33,808 nucleotides of DNA from Patescibacteria group bacterium (GTDB lineage Bacteria; Patescibacteriota; Minisyncoccia; UBA6257; WO2-44-18): the NCBI GenBank assembly GCA_038065375.1, contig JBBTRE010000062.1, positions 1 to 33,808 on the forward strand. Reading direction: 5' to 3'. A program made the position numbers and the translations under genes. Positions 7,118-15,453 of the stretch are shown piece after piece (positions within the stretch are counted from its first letter, which is position 1; every line of letters starts with the position of its first letter). The notes below the pieces were generated by a model. That model was not told the DNA's origin. It made no database searches and saw only the letters and a program-made list of their open reading frames with translations.

Positions 7118-7556
7118 GAAGTATTCCTCAGGAATCACGCTAATTGAGATTCTTATCGTCCTGGGGATAGCCGCTCTTTTATTGGGGGCTGGGGCGCCGG
7201 TAGCCTACAATTTTTATTATCAGGCGCAATTTGAATCAGAGTACAGTCTATTATTCTCTACTCTCCAGCAAGCCAGAAATTTGTCGTTGGTAAATCATAA
7301 TAAGTCAGCGCATGGAGTTTATTTGGAGTCGGAGACGTTTATTACTTTTCAGGGTTCAAGTTTCGCGGCGCGGACTGCCAGCCAGGATCGGGAATTTCCC
7401 CGCGCTACTCAGGTGACGATTTCCGGTCCCGCGGAGATAGTCTTTGCAGCCCTTAGTGGCGAAACCTCTTCCAGCACTTTTTCCGTCAGCAACGGAGATC
7501 GTAACCGAGACATCTTTGTAAACGCGGAAGGATTAGTCTATGAACCTAACTACTAA
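7104..7556 (+). CDS. minor pseudopilin, GspH/FimT-like
   Basis: GTG 7104 (or TTG 7107) gives the leader VLDIKKYSSG followed by ITLIEILIVLGI, a prepilin cleavage/methylation motif. Overlaps the pilC end. Confidence 0.7.
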   Translation: MLDIKKYSSGITLIEILIVLGIAALLLGAGAPVAYNFYYQAQFESEYSLLFSTLQQARNLSLVNHNKSAHGVYLESETFITFQGSSFAARTASQDREFPRATQVTISGPAEIVFAALSGETSSSTFSVSNGDRNRDIFVNAEGLVYEPNY

Positions 7557-8976
7557 AAAAATAAATCAGGACGGTCAGAGTGTGATTGAAATTGTTGTCG
7601 CTCTGGGAATTTTCGCTGTCTCACTGGCCGCTAGTTTTCAATTATTTTTTGGCGGACAAACTCTTTCCGAGGATAGTCTTAATGCCGAGCTGGCGATTAA
7701 TTATACTCAAGAGGGGATAGAAGCAACGCGCACAATTCGTGATCGCAATTGGGCGGAATTAACCAGCGGAGACCATGGCCTGATTTTTAATGGTTATGAA
7801 TGGATGTTTGGTTCTTCCAGCGTTTCTGACAGTAAAGATATTTTTACCAGAATTGTTTCTATTTATTCGGAAAGTGAAAATGAGCGCATCGCGACCACCA
7901 CGGTCACCTGGGCAACGGACGGTCGTTCTCAACTAGTAGAACTGGTTGAGAAATTAACTAATTGGGAATACCCGCTATCGAGCAGTTGTAAAACTTATCC
8001 TTTGAGTGGGAATTGGTCGGCCCCGCAAACCATCGGCACCGGTGATCTGGGGGCCGGTAACGAGGGAACCGATATTGTAGTGCAGCTGCCTTATGTGTTT
8101 ATGAGTGGGAAAGCTTCTTCTTCCAGCAAGCCGGATATTTTTGTGTTTAATGTTTCTACCCCGACTTTGCCTGTGCTGGTTGCTTCATTGGATATCGGAT
8201 CCGGCGGGATTAACTCTCTTCACGTCAGCGGTAACTATCTTTACGCCGCTTCTCCAAATGACAGCAAAGAGCTGATTATCTTTAATATCAGCTCCCCGGT
8301 CAGTATTAGCGAGGTCGGCTATCTTGATTTGTCGGGTTCCTCGGATGCTTTAAGTGTTGTAGTTTTCGGCAACACGGCGGCAGTTGGCCGGACCGATTCA
8401 GCAAGCTCCGAGATAGCATTTATTAATATTGCCAATCCCGCCAGTCCGTCGGTTATGAGTCAGATTACTACCGGGGGATCTGTTTATGATTTCGCGGCAT
8501 CATCGGACCGGTTGTTCGCGGTCAGTAAGCAATCTGATGACGATATCTTTGTTTTTGATATTTCCGAAACCGCCAACCCAATTTCCATAGCTAATTATGA
8601 TATCCCCGGATCAACGGAAGATTTGAGTATCTACCTGCATTATAAGGGTGGCAATCGGAATTTATTGGTTGGTAATGAAGAAAATGAATTAGTCGTATTA
8701 GGGGCTACCACGACGAGCGCGATGTACGCGCGAGATCGGATTGATGTTGGGGGAGATGTAAACGATATAGTTTGCGCGGTTGGCGATCTCGCGTTCTTGG
8801 CGACATCATATAGCACCAAAGAGTTTATAATTGTTAACATTGCTAACCCGGATAACATCGTTGAATATGCCTCGTTAAATTATCCGCAACAGGGGACCGG
8901 CATTGATTTCGCGGAAAATATGGTTTTTATGTCGGTACGCAGTAATGACGCGTTACGGATTATCACCTCACAATAA
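7540..8976 (+). CDS. pseudopilin fused to an LVIVD-repeat beta-propeller-like domain
   Basis: N-terminus ...DG|QSVIEIVVALGIFAV (Glu at +5). The C-terminal ~330 aa carry repeats such as GNYLYAAS..ELIIFNISSP, DRLFAVS..DIFVFDISETANP, DLAFLAT..EFIIVNIANPDN. Confidence 0.7.
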   Translation: MNLTTKKINQDGQSVIEIVVALGIFAVSLAASFQLFFGGQTLSEDSLNAELAINYTQEGIEATRTIRDRNWAELTSGDHGLIFNGYEWMFGSSSVSDSKDIFTRIVSIYSESENERIATTTVTWATDGRSQLVELVEKLTNWEYPLSSSCKTYPLSGNWSAPQTIGTGDLGAGNEGTDIVVQLPYVFMSGKASSSSKPDIFVFNVSTPTLPVLVASLDIGSGGINSLHVSGNYLYAASPNDSKELIIFNISSPVSISEVGYLDLSGSSDALSVVVFGNTAAVGRTDSASSEIAFINIANPASPSVMSQITTGGSVYDFAASSDRLFAVSKQSDDDIFVFDISETANPISIANYDIPGSTEDLSIYLHYKGGNRNLLVGNEENELVVLGATTTSAMYARDRIDVGGDVNDIVCAVGDLAFLATSYSTKEFIIVNIANPDNIVEYASLNYPQQGTGIDFAENMVFMSVRSNDALRIITSQ

Positions 8977-8987
8977 GCTTTTGAATT

Positions 8988-9494
8988 ATGAATGATGAAT
9001 TACGAGTAAAAAAAGCGGCGAGTGAGCGGGGGTTTACGTTGATTGAGACCCTGATTTACTCGGCCTTGACGACCTTTATTTTAACCTTCGCCATCCTAAC
9101 GGCCTATCAATTTATTCAGAGCAGTGATCGGTTGCGTTATCAGCGTGAATTGGCGGAAAGTAAAAAGTTTCTAGAACAAAAAATTAATTGGGCTTTGCAA
9201 AATATCTCCGCGATTAATTCGCCGACCGCCAACGCCACCTCCACATCTTTATCAATTGATAAATTGAGTTACGCGAATAACCCGGTGGTGGTTGATACTT
9301 CTGATTGGATCGCGAGGATTAAGAAAGGGGCCGGATCAGCTATTCCGATCACCGGAGATTACGTGTCGGTTCAAAATCTTTTATTTCATCAGTTTGATTT
9401 TTCCGGTCGTCCCGCGATTAAAGTGAGTGGTACCTTATTCAATGGTTATAGCTCAACTACCGTGGATTTGGATTTTCTTGTCTTAACTAGATGA
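8988..9494 (+). CDS. minor pseudopilin
   Basis: The motif ERG|FTLIETLIYSAL is a prepilin-type N-terminal domain. Confidence 0.65.
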   Translation: MNDELRVKKAASERGFTLIETLIYSALTTFILTFAILTAYQFIQSSDRLRYQRELAESKKFLEQKINWALQNISAINSPTANATSTSLSIDKLSYANNPVVVDTSDWIARIKKGAGSAIPITGDYVSVQNLLFHQFDFSGRPAIKVSGTLFNGYSSTTVDLDFLVLTR

Positions 9495-9895
9495 AGAACC
9501 AAAAGTCTTATAAATCACAAAGCGGATACCTCGCGATCACTATGTCTATTGTGGTGACATTCTTTTTGTTGGTGCTCGCTATTTCTCTGGGTTCATCCAA
9601 TCTATTTACCCGGGGTAACGTGACGGATTTTTATTCTAAGCAGTTCAGCTATTTTATCGCCCGCTCTTGCTTGAATCACGCCTTATTGCAATTAGCCGAT
9701 GTTTCTACATATACCGGCAATGAAACTATCTATATTTCGGATCAAACCTGCACCCTGTTGACCATCACGACCGACGCGTCAAACACTATTATCCGGGCAG
9801 AGGCGCTGGTTAACAGCGCGGCAACGAATTTGCGGCTTACAGTCAACACCCAGACTTTATCCACAGTTTCCCTTGAAGAGGTAGCTAGTTTCTAG
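9491..9895 (+). CDS. PilX_N/GspK-like minor pilin-associated protein
   Basis: ATGA overlap with the upstream gene. Hydrophobic N-terminus SGYLAITMSIVVTFFLLVL lacks Glu at +5. Confidence 0.45.
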   Translation: MKNQKSYKSQSGYLAITMSIVVTFFLLVLAISLGSSNLFTRGNVTDFYSKQFSYFIARSCLNHALLQLADVSTYTGNETIYISDQTCTLLTITTDASNTIIRAEALVNSAATNLRLTVNTQTLSTVSLEEVASF

Positions 9896-9902
9896 CGTAT
9901 TT

Positions 9903-9911
9903 TGCTATAAT
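9903..9911 (+). promoter_or_regulatory. extended -10 promoter for the major pilin
   Basis: TGcTATAAT. Implies a ~55-nt leader without an obvious SD. Confidence 0.45.
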
Positions 9912-9972
9912 TAATGAAGGTTAGTTTTTATCAGCAAACTCAAAGGTCGGTGTTTCCATTCAAAGATATATT

Positions 9973-10440
9973 ATGAAGAAAAATTCTGGTTTTACTTTAA
10001 TTGAGCTGTTGGTTGTTATTGGCATTATCGCTATTTTGGCGGGTATCGTCATCGTGGCTTTAAACCCGGCTCGTCAGTTCGCTCAAGCCCGCAACACACA
10101 GCGTAGCGCTAACGTGAACGCGATCTTGAACGCAGTCAGCCAGCGACAGGCGGATAACCGCGGCGTTTGGGCTACTTCAGGCGATTGCGCGGCTTTGCCG
10201 ACAGGCACCAGCACGATTAGCACGGCCGGCGGCTCCTCTACCTATAGTTTGGTTGAGTGCGTTGTCCCGACCTTTATTGCTGCCTTGCCGTATGATCCTT
10301 CGGGCGGTAGCTACACCAGCGATTCTAACTATGATACTGGTTATGAAATCGTTAATTCCGGCGGCCGGGTTACGATCAATGCCAAGTACGCAGAAACCAT
10401 TGCCGGTTCCGCTTCCAGCACGATTTCCGCGACTCGTTAG
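9973..10440 (+). CDS. type IV (major) pilin
   Basis: MKKNSG|FTLIELLVVIGIIAILAGIV prepilin motif, own promoter, strong terminator. Confidence 0.8.
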   Translation: MKKNSGFTLIELLVVIGIIAILAGIVIVALNPARQFAQARNTQRSANVNAILNAVSQRQADNRGVWATSGDCAALPTGTSTISTAGGSSTYSLVECVVPTFIAALPYDPSGGSYTSDSNYDTGYEIVNSGGRVTINAKYAETIAGSASSTISATR

Positions 10441-10449
10441 TAGTAAATA

Positions 10450-10484
10450 AAAACTCCCCAATTGTGTATGGGGAGTTTTTATTT
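10450..10484. terminator. bidirectional intrinsic terminator between the convergent pilin and GT2 genes
   Basis: Stem ACTCCCCA/TGGGGAGT flanked by an A-run and a T-run. Confidence 0.75.
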
Positions 10485-10494
10485 CTAAAAATAT

Positions 10495-11178
10495 TTAGGG
10501 CTTAAGCCAATGTTTCAGGATTACCGCTACCGCTTTCAATCCATCAGTCCAGTGGATTTTCTTACCCTGGGCATAATCCCGTCCGTAATAGGAGATGCCA
10601 ACCTCATAAAAACGCCATCCTTTTTGAGCGAGTTTGATTGTTACTTCCGGCTCAAAACCGAAGTCGGTTTCTTCCAAAGTGATGGAATCAAGCGCCTCTT
10701 TCCGGAAGGCCTTATAGCAAGTTTCCATATCGGTCAGGTTCAGATTAGTGGCAACGTTGGTCAACAGAGTCAAAAACCGGTTGCCTACGTAATGCCAGAA
10801 AAACATCACCCGGTGCGGGTCAGAACCGATAAAACGTGAGCCATAGACCACATCGGCTTGGCCGGTTTCAATCGGACGGAGTAGGCGCTCATATTCTTCC
10901 GGGTCGTATTCTAAGTCGGCATCTTGAATCAAAATTACCTCTTGGGTGGCGTTTTTGATGCCGGTGTGGATTGCGGCGCCTTTGCCGGAATTTTTTTCGT
11001 GCCGGATAATTTTAACGTTCTTGGCCTGATAAGTTTTCAGAAATTCCTCGGTCCCGTCGTAAGACGCGTCATCCACAATAATAATTTCCGCCGGCTTTTG
11101 TTTTTGCACCTTATCCAAAATCAAAGGCAAGGTGGCCTTTTCATTGAAAACCGGAATTATAACGGAAAATTTTATCAT
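10495..11178 (-). CDS. family 2 glycosyltransferase, polyprenyl-phosphate sugar synthase type (Dpm1/GtrB-like)
   Basis: FSVIIPVFNE, IIIVDDASYDGT, IQDADLEYDP motifs. 4-nt overlap with the upstream gene. Confidence 0.85.
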   Translation of the reverse strand: MIKFSVIIPVFNEKATLPLILDKVQKQKPAEIIIVDDASYDGTEEFLKTYQAKNVKIIRHEKNSGKGAAIHTGIKNATQEVILIQDADLEYDPEEYERLLRPIETGQADVVYGSRFIGSDPHRVMFFWHYVGNRFLTLLTNVATNLNLTDMETCYKAFRKEALDSITLEETDFGFEPEVTIKLAQKGWRFYEVGISYYGRDYAQGKKIHWTDGLKAVAVILKHWLKP

Positions 11179-12740
11179 AGTACCTTAAACACCGCGTCGA
11201 AATCTGTTTCAAAAGCCATCTTGAATTCAGAGGCGCCGCTTAGATAATCAAACACTTTTGGATTGCGAGTCTTCTCCACCAAAATATACGACGCATTGAA
11301 GTCTTTTTTCAAGACCCGGGGCGTCGGCTCAACTTCTTCGGCGGTGCATCTTAGATGTCCGCAAGTATGGGTAGTGCCGGCGTCAATCGCCAAAAAGTGG
11401 GTTTTCCAATAAAGCGCCGGATTGTAGGCGTACTCAAAAATCGGATCCATTCCGTTAATAAAGTAATTGTGCTGATTCCAGTAGAAAAGTTGAGCGAAGC
11501 GATCCCAGTGAATATTGAAAACTATTTCTTCCGGTTGAGTATTTTGGTTTAGCCATTGCCCAACTTCTTTATAGCGATTAATGCTGAAGGTGGTCGCCTG
11601 GTAGGAATCAAAGCGGTACATCGTTTTGAATGGCATATAAGCCAGTACGATAAAAGCGATGATCATTAGGACGTAGTGATACCAGTCCAGTTTAATGATT
11701 AGGGATTTAATGTGCGTGAAAACCAAGCCGACAAAGATAATCGCGAAAGCGACGAAGATTTCATTTGATCTCCGGGCCACGCCGAAGGTCAGCAAAAAGA
11801 AGACTCCGGCTAAGGCCAGACTGGAAATGACTGGAGATTTTAACTCTGGCGACATGGATTTCCAACGCTTTTGCCAGACCAGCCACAAAATAAACCCTGC
11901 TCCCATCAGCACCAGGGTGGTGATAGGGATCAGCTGGTCAACAAAATTTTCCCAAACAAACGGCATCAACTCCCGGCCGAAGCGAATCGGTAGTTCACTC
12001 TGTTTTTCAAAAAGCAGTTTCACCACCTGGATATAAGCCAAGCGCGCCGCGCCTAGCGGGTTAGGGTGGAGAAGAAGACCGGTCAATAAGCCAAGTCCGG
12101 CGGCGATATATTTCCGGACGGCAACATCCTGCTGATGCATGAATTCCGCCGTGGAAATGATCGCGATGATTAAAATTGCCATCCAGCTTAAAGAAAGATG
12201 AATCCAGGAAACTGCCGCCGCCAGAAGAAAGATTATAAACTTTGATCTGGAAGTCTCTTTTGTAACCAGATAGGCGAAAAGAAGCGCGCTTAAACCCAAA
12301 GAAAAAGGATGCGGGCGGAGCATAGTCAGGCGATAGAGGAGATCAGCGGAGGCCAGCAAAAAGATGGTTAGCCAAAGCATCGGCCATCTGATTTTCAATT
12401 TGAGCAGGGCGAGAAAGAATAGTCCGGAGGCCGCCATGGTCGTCAGTAACGCGCCGACTTTAACCCCTTGAGCTAGATCGGTAAAAAAAGTCAGAGGCAA
12501 AATTAAAATGTGGAAGCCGTACCAGAGATCGGCCGCGTAGAGATTGATGACGGAGTATTGCACCCAGGGGAAAGAAGTCTGGAAAATTCCGGTGGTCTGA
12601 TAAATCCAGGCGTGGCGGATGTGGTAGAAGCTATCAACGTCGGTAAAGTTCACCACTCGCCCATGGATAAAAAGAGCGAAGCTGACAATCAAAACCACGG
12701 GCATCAACCAAATAATAATTTTCCGGAACTCTGTATTCAT
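11175..12740 (-). CDS. polytopic GT-C-like membrane protein (possible STT3/AglB-like or ArnT-like), paralog A
   Basis: More than 10 TM segments. First-loop DVDSFYHIRH (DxD). C-terminal IHWDRFAQLFYW...GMDPIF. Paralogous to 12777..14351. Confidence 0.6.
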   Translation of the reverse strand: MNTEFRKIIIWLMPVVLIVSFALFIHGRVVNFTDVDSFYHIRHAWIYQTTGIFQTSFPWVQYSVINLYAADLWYGFHILILPLTFFTDLAQGVKVGALLTTMAASGLFFLALLKLKIRWPMLWLTIFLLASADLLYRLTMLRPHPFSLGLSALLFAYLVTKETSRSKFIIFLLAAAVSWIHLSLSWMAILIIAIISTAEFMHQQDVAVRKYIAAGLGLLTGLLLHPNPLGAARLAYIQVVKLLFEKQSELPIRFGRELMPFVWENFVDQLIPITTLVLMGAGFILWLVWQKRWKSMSPELKSPVISSLALAGVFFLLTFGVARRSNEIFVAFAIIFVGLVFTHIKSLIIKLDWYHYVLMIIAFIVLAYMPFKTMYRFDSYQATTFSINRYKEVGQWLNQNTQPEEIVFNIHWDRFAQLFYWNQHNYFINGMDPIFEYAYNPALYWKTHFLAIDAGTTHTCGHLRCTAEEVEPTPRVLKKDFNASYILVEKTRNPKVFDYLSGASEFKMAFETDFDAVFKVL

Positions 12741-12754
12741 TTCAATTGCAAAAA

Positions 12755-12775
12755 AGGGTGTTTGGGCACCACCCT
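12755..12775 (-). terminator. weak intrinsic terminator or attenuator between the two GT-C paralogs
   Basis: Minus strand: AGGGTG-9 nt-CACCCT followed by TTTTTT, ending ~10 nt before the ATG of the downstream paralog. Confidence 0.35.
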
Positions 12776-12776
12776 A

Positions 12777-14351
12777 TTATTTTATTAGATAAATGACTTC
12801 ATTGATAGACTCAAAACCCTTTTCAAATTTTGGGCTGACTTTCAGGTATTGATTGAGCTTGGGATTCTGGATTTTATCCAGCAAAAGATATTTTGCCCGG
12901 AAGTCATTTTTGAGGGCGGCGTAGGTGTCTTCAAGTTGGTCTTTAGTACAGGCGTCATACTTGCAGGTAAATTCGGCAGTCAGATTAGCGGAAAGATAGT
13001 GGAATTTCCAATACAACTCCGGGTTATGCCGGTATTGGAAAATAGGGTCCAGACCGCCGATGTAATAGTTTTGGCGGTTCCAGAAGAATAAAGGCGAAAA
13101 ATGGCTCCAGTGGACATTGAATACAATTTCGCCCGGTTGAGAGTGATTTTTTAGCCAGAGAGCCGCTTCTTTCAGCAAATCCGGCCGGTAGACGTGGTTT
13201 GTAAGGCTATTATGGGTTTTATACATTGAATAAGGAGTTAAAAAGCAAAAAGTTAAAAGTAGAATGTAAAAGGTAAAACTTCTGATTGCTTTCGTGGTGT
13301 GGTAGTTAGCGGATCGGAGAATTTCCGTGAAGGCCACGCCGATCGGCAGGAGTCCGAAAGCAATCCAGAAATCGTAAGCGCGGCGGGCGACGGCGATACT
13401 TAGCAGAAAAAAAACAACGGAAAGGAAGCTTCCAGCCAGAGCCATGATTTTATTTTCGGGCAATATAATGGTTTTCCTATTGGCGATCAGCCAACAAACG
13501 GCCAGTATGCCAATTAGCCAAATAATCAGGAATACTGAGAAGTTTTTCGCGAGCACGTTCGCGGAAAGGGGGAAATTTTCAATTCCAAAAAGCAGTGGCA
13601 GACCGCTCTGTTTTTCCACAATTTGCTGGACTACCTGGATATAAAAAAGTTTGGCGGCTCCGAGAAAATTTGGACGGGCCAGCCAACCCAAGAGCCCTCC
13701 GGTTAACACGGCCGCCAGATTTACTGGAACAAATTTTTTCTGAGTGATCAGTTGGAAAATCGCCATTGTTCCCCAGACGGCTAAGATCATCCAGGCGAAG
13801 TTCAGGTGGATCCAGGAAATAAGAAACGCCGTTAGTAGAATCTGCCACCGTTTACCTCGGACCAGAAAGGAGATCAGCAGTAGCCCGAGGCCGATGGTAA
13901 TCGTCTGCGGGCGGATCATTAACAATTGCGCCATCACGTTTGGAGCGGAGAAAAACATCAAAAACGGCCAGATGACCGGCCATTTCCACTGATGCCGCTT
14001 GGCAATGAAAAAAGCCGCGAAGAGCGTGAAAGCCGTCATCAAAACCCCGGCGATTTTAAGAGCCAGAGTGGAATTGGTCAGCCAAGCCAGGGGAGTCAAT
14101 AAAATACTGAAGCCAAACCAGAGCGATGAGGAGTTGTCTTTGATGACGGAGAATTGAGTCCAGGGAAAGGAAGTTTCGGAGATCCCTTGTTCCAGCATCA
14201 GCTTGGCTTTGCCTAAATAAAAAAAGCTATCCAAGTCGGCAAAATTGGGATAGCCGAAGTGGAATAAGCACGCGACTAACAAAAAAAGGCCGGCAAAGAG
14301 GAGATACGGTTTCACTCTCAAATTATAGTATATGCATAATGAATAAGACAC
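12777..14351 (-). CDS. polytopic GT-C-like membrane protein, paralog B
   Basis: ADLDSFFYLGK (DxD) and VHWSHFSPLFFW...GLDPIF. The start is uncertain: GTG 14351, or GTG 14315, which lies 6 nt after a TATAAT (14322-14327, minus strand). Confidence 0.6.
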   Translation of the reverse strand: MSYSLCIYYNLRVKPYLLFAGLFLLVACLFHFGYPNFADLDSFFYLGKAKLMLEQGISETSFPWTQFSVIKDNSSSLWFGFSILLTPLAWLTNSTLALKIAGVLMTAFTLFAAFFIAKRHQWKWPVIWPFLMFFSAPNVMAQLLMIRPQTITIGLGLLLISFLVRGKRWQILLTAFLISWIHLNFAWMILAVWGTMAIFQLITQKKFVPVNLAAVLTGGLLGWLARPNFLGAAKLFYIQVVQQIVEKQSGLPLLFGIENFPLSANVLAKNFSVFLIIWLIGILAVCWLIANRKTIILPENKIMALAGSFLSVVFFLLSIAVARRAYDFWIAFGLLPIGVAFTEILRSANYHTTKAIRSFTFYILLLTFCFLTPYSMYKTHNSLTNHVYRPDLLKEAALWLKNHSQPGEIVFNVHWSHFSPLFFWNRQNYYIGGLDPIFQYRHNPELYWKFHYLSANLTAEFTCKYDACTKDQLEDTYAALKNDFRAKYLLLDKIQNPKLNQYLKVSPKFEKGFESINEVIYLIK

Positions 14352-14355
14352 GCGA

Positions 14356-14377
14356 ACCTGCCTGCCGGCAGGCAGGT
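14356..14377. promoter_or_regulatory. perfect 22-bp palindrome, candidate operator
   Basis: ACCTGCCTGCC|GGCAGGCAGGT lies in a divergent intergenic region, so it cannot act as a terminator. Confidence 0.4.
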
Positions 14378-14473
14378 CTACGAATTCTTGCGTTATTTCA
14401 ATATTTATATTATTATCATTGCGGCTTGTCCCTTACATAATTTATGCGAGGGATACATTGAAAGGATAAAGAA

Positions 14474-15397
14474 ATGGACGGCGGGAAAGTATTCGGCGGC
14501 GTGGCGGCGGCAGTGCTGATTTTGGCGGCGATTTGTGGAATTGTCTGGGCGGTCGGTTCGGCGAATCCGGAAACCGGCGGTGGTTATGTCGGGTATCTGA
14601 CTCGAGGAGCGGTTTTCGGTAAGACGGAATTCGTCGGTTTGCAGACCGGGCCGACTTCGCCCGGCCGAGGATGGCTGCTGCAGGTGGTTAACGTCAGTGT
14701 TACCCCATATACCGAGACCGAGGAATTCAGCGGTACGGACAGCGTTCTTTCAAAAGACAATCTGAAGATCAGCTTCCGTCTGCATATGGTCTGGCGGGTT
14801 CACCCGGAGCGAGTGAAGTTATTTATTGAACAATACAGCACTTTGCATGAAGGGCAGGATCCGAATAAGGTAGTTGAAGTGGCTTACAATAGTTTCTTGC
14901 GTGAGCCGTTGAGGACTATGGGCCGTGACTCCATTCAGAAGTTCGGTGGACTGGACATTAAAGAAAATATTATCTCAATCGGCTCCACGATTCAGAAGCA
15001 GGCTCAGGAGCTGACTAAGGATACTCCGTTTGAGGTGCAGTCGGTGGTGGTGGGCAATATTCAGTATCCGGATGTTGTCACCAACGCGGTTTCTGAAAAA
15101 ATGGCGATGACGCAGAAGCTTGAGCAGATGAAGACCGAGCTTCAGATTGAGGAGATGAAGAAACAGAGGCGAGTGATTGAAGCGCAGGGTATCGCCGCGG
15201 CCATGGATATCATTAATTCCAAGTTGTCGCCGATGTATCTTCAGCATGAGGCGATTGAAGCCCAGAAGGCGATGGTCGGTTCAGCGAATCATACGACGAT
15301 TTATATTCCCGTAGGTCCGATGGGAGTTCCGATTATCGGAACGATGGACATTGACGGAGCCAAGGAAGACAAGAAGCAGAGTGAAAGTCCTAAATAA
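14474..15397 (+). CDS. SPFH/band-7 (prohibitin/HflC-like) membrane protein
   Basis: N-terminal TM, an SPFH-like core (SKDNLKISFRLHMVWRV) and a coiled-coil C-terminus. AAGGA RBS. Confidence 0.8.
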   Translation: MDGGKVFGGVAAAVLILAAICGIVWAVGSANPETGGGYVGYLTRGAVFGKTEFVGLQTGPTSPGRGWLLQVVNVSVTPYTETEEFSGTDSVLSKDNLKISFRLHMVWRVHPERVKLFIEQYSTLHEGQDPNKVVEVAYNSFLREPLRTMGRDSIQKFGGLDIKENIISIGSTIQKQAQELTKDTPFEVQSVVVGNIQYPDVVTNAVSEKMAMTQKLEQMKTELQIEEMKKQRRVIEAQGIAAAMDIINSKLSPMYLQHEAIEAQKAMVGSANHTTIYIPVGPMGVPIIGTMDIDGAKEDKKQSESPK

Positions 15398-15405
15398 AAT
15401 TTCAG

Positions 15406-15432
15406 CTCCGACGTAACCCGTCGGAGTTTTTT
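15406..15432 (+). terminator. intrinsic terminator
   Basis: Stem CTCCGACG/CGTCGGAG followed by T6. Confidence 0.8.
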
Positions 15433-15438
15433 ATTATT

Positions 15439-15447
15439 TGTTATAAT
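15439..15447 (+). promoter_or_regulatory. extended -10 promoter (leaderless geometry)
   Basis: TGtTATAAT, then 6 nt, then ATG at 15454. Confidence 0.5.
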
Positions 15448-15453
15448 AAAGCA

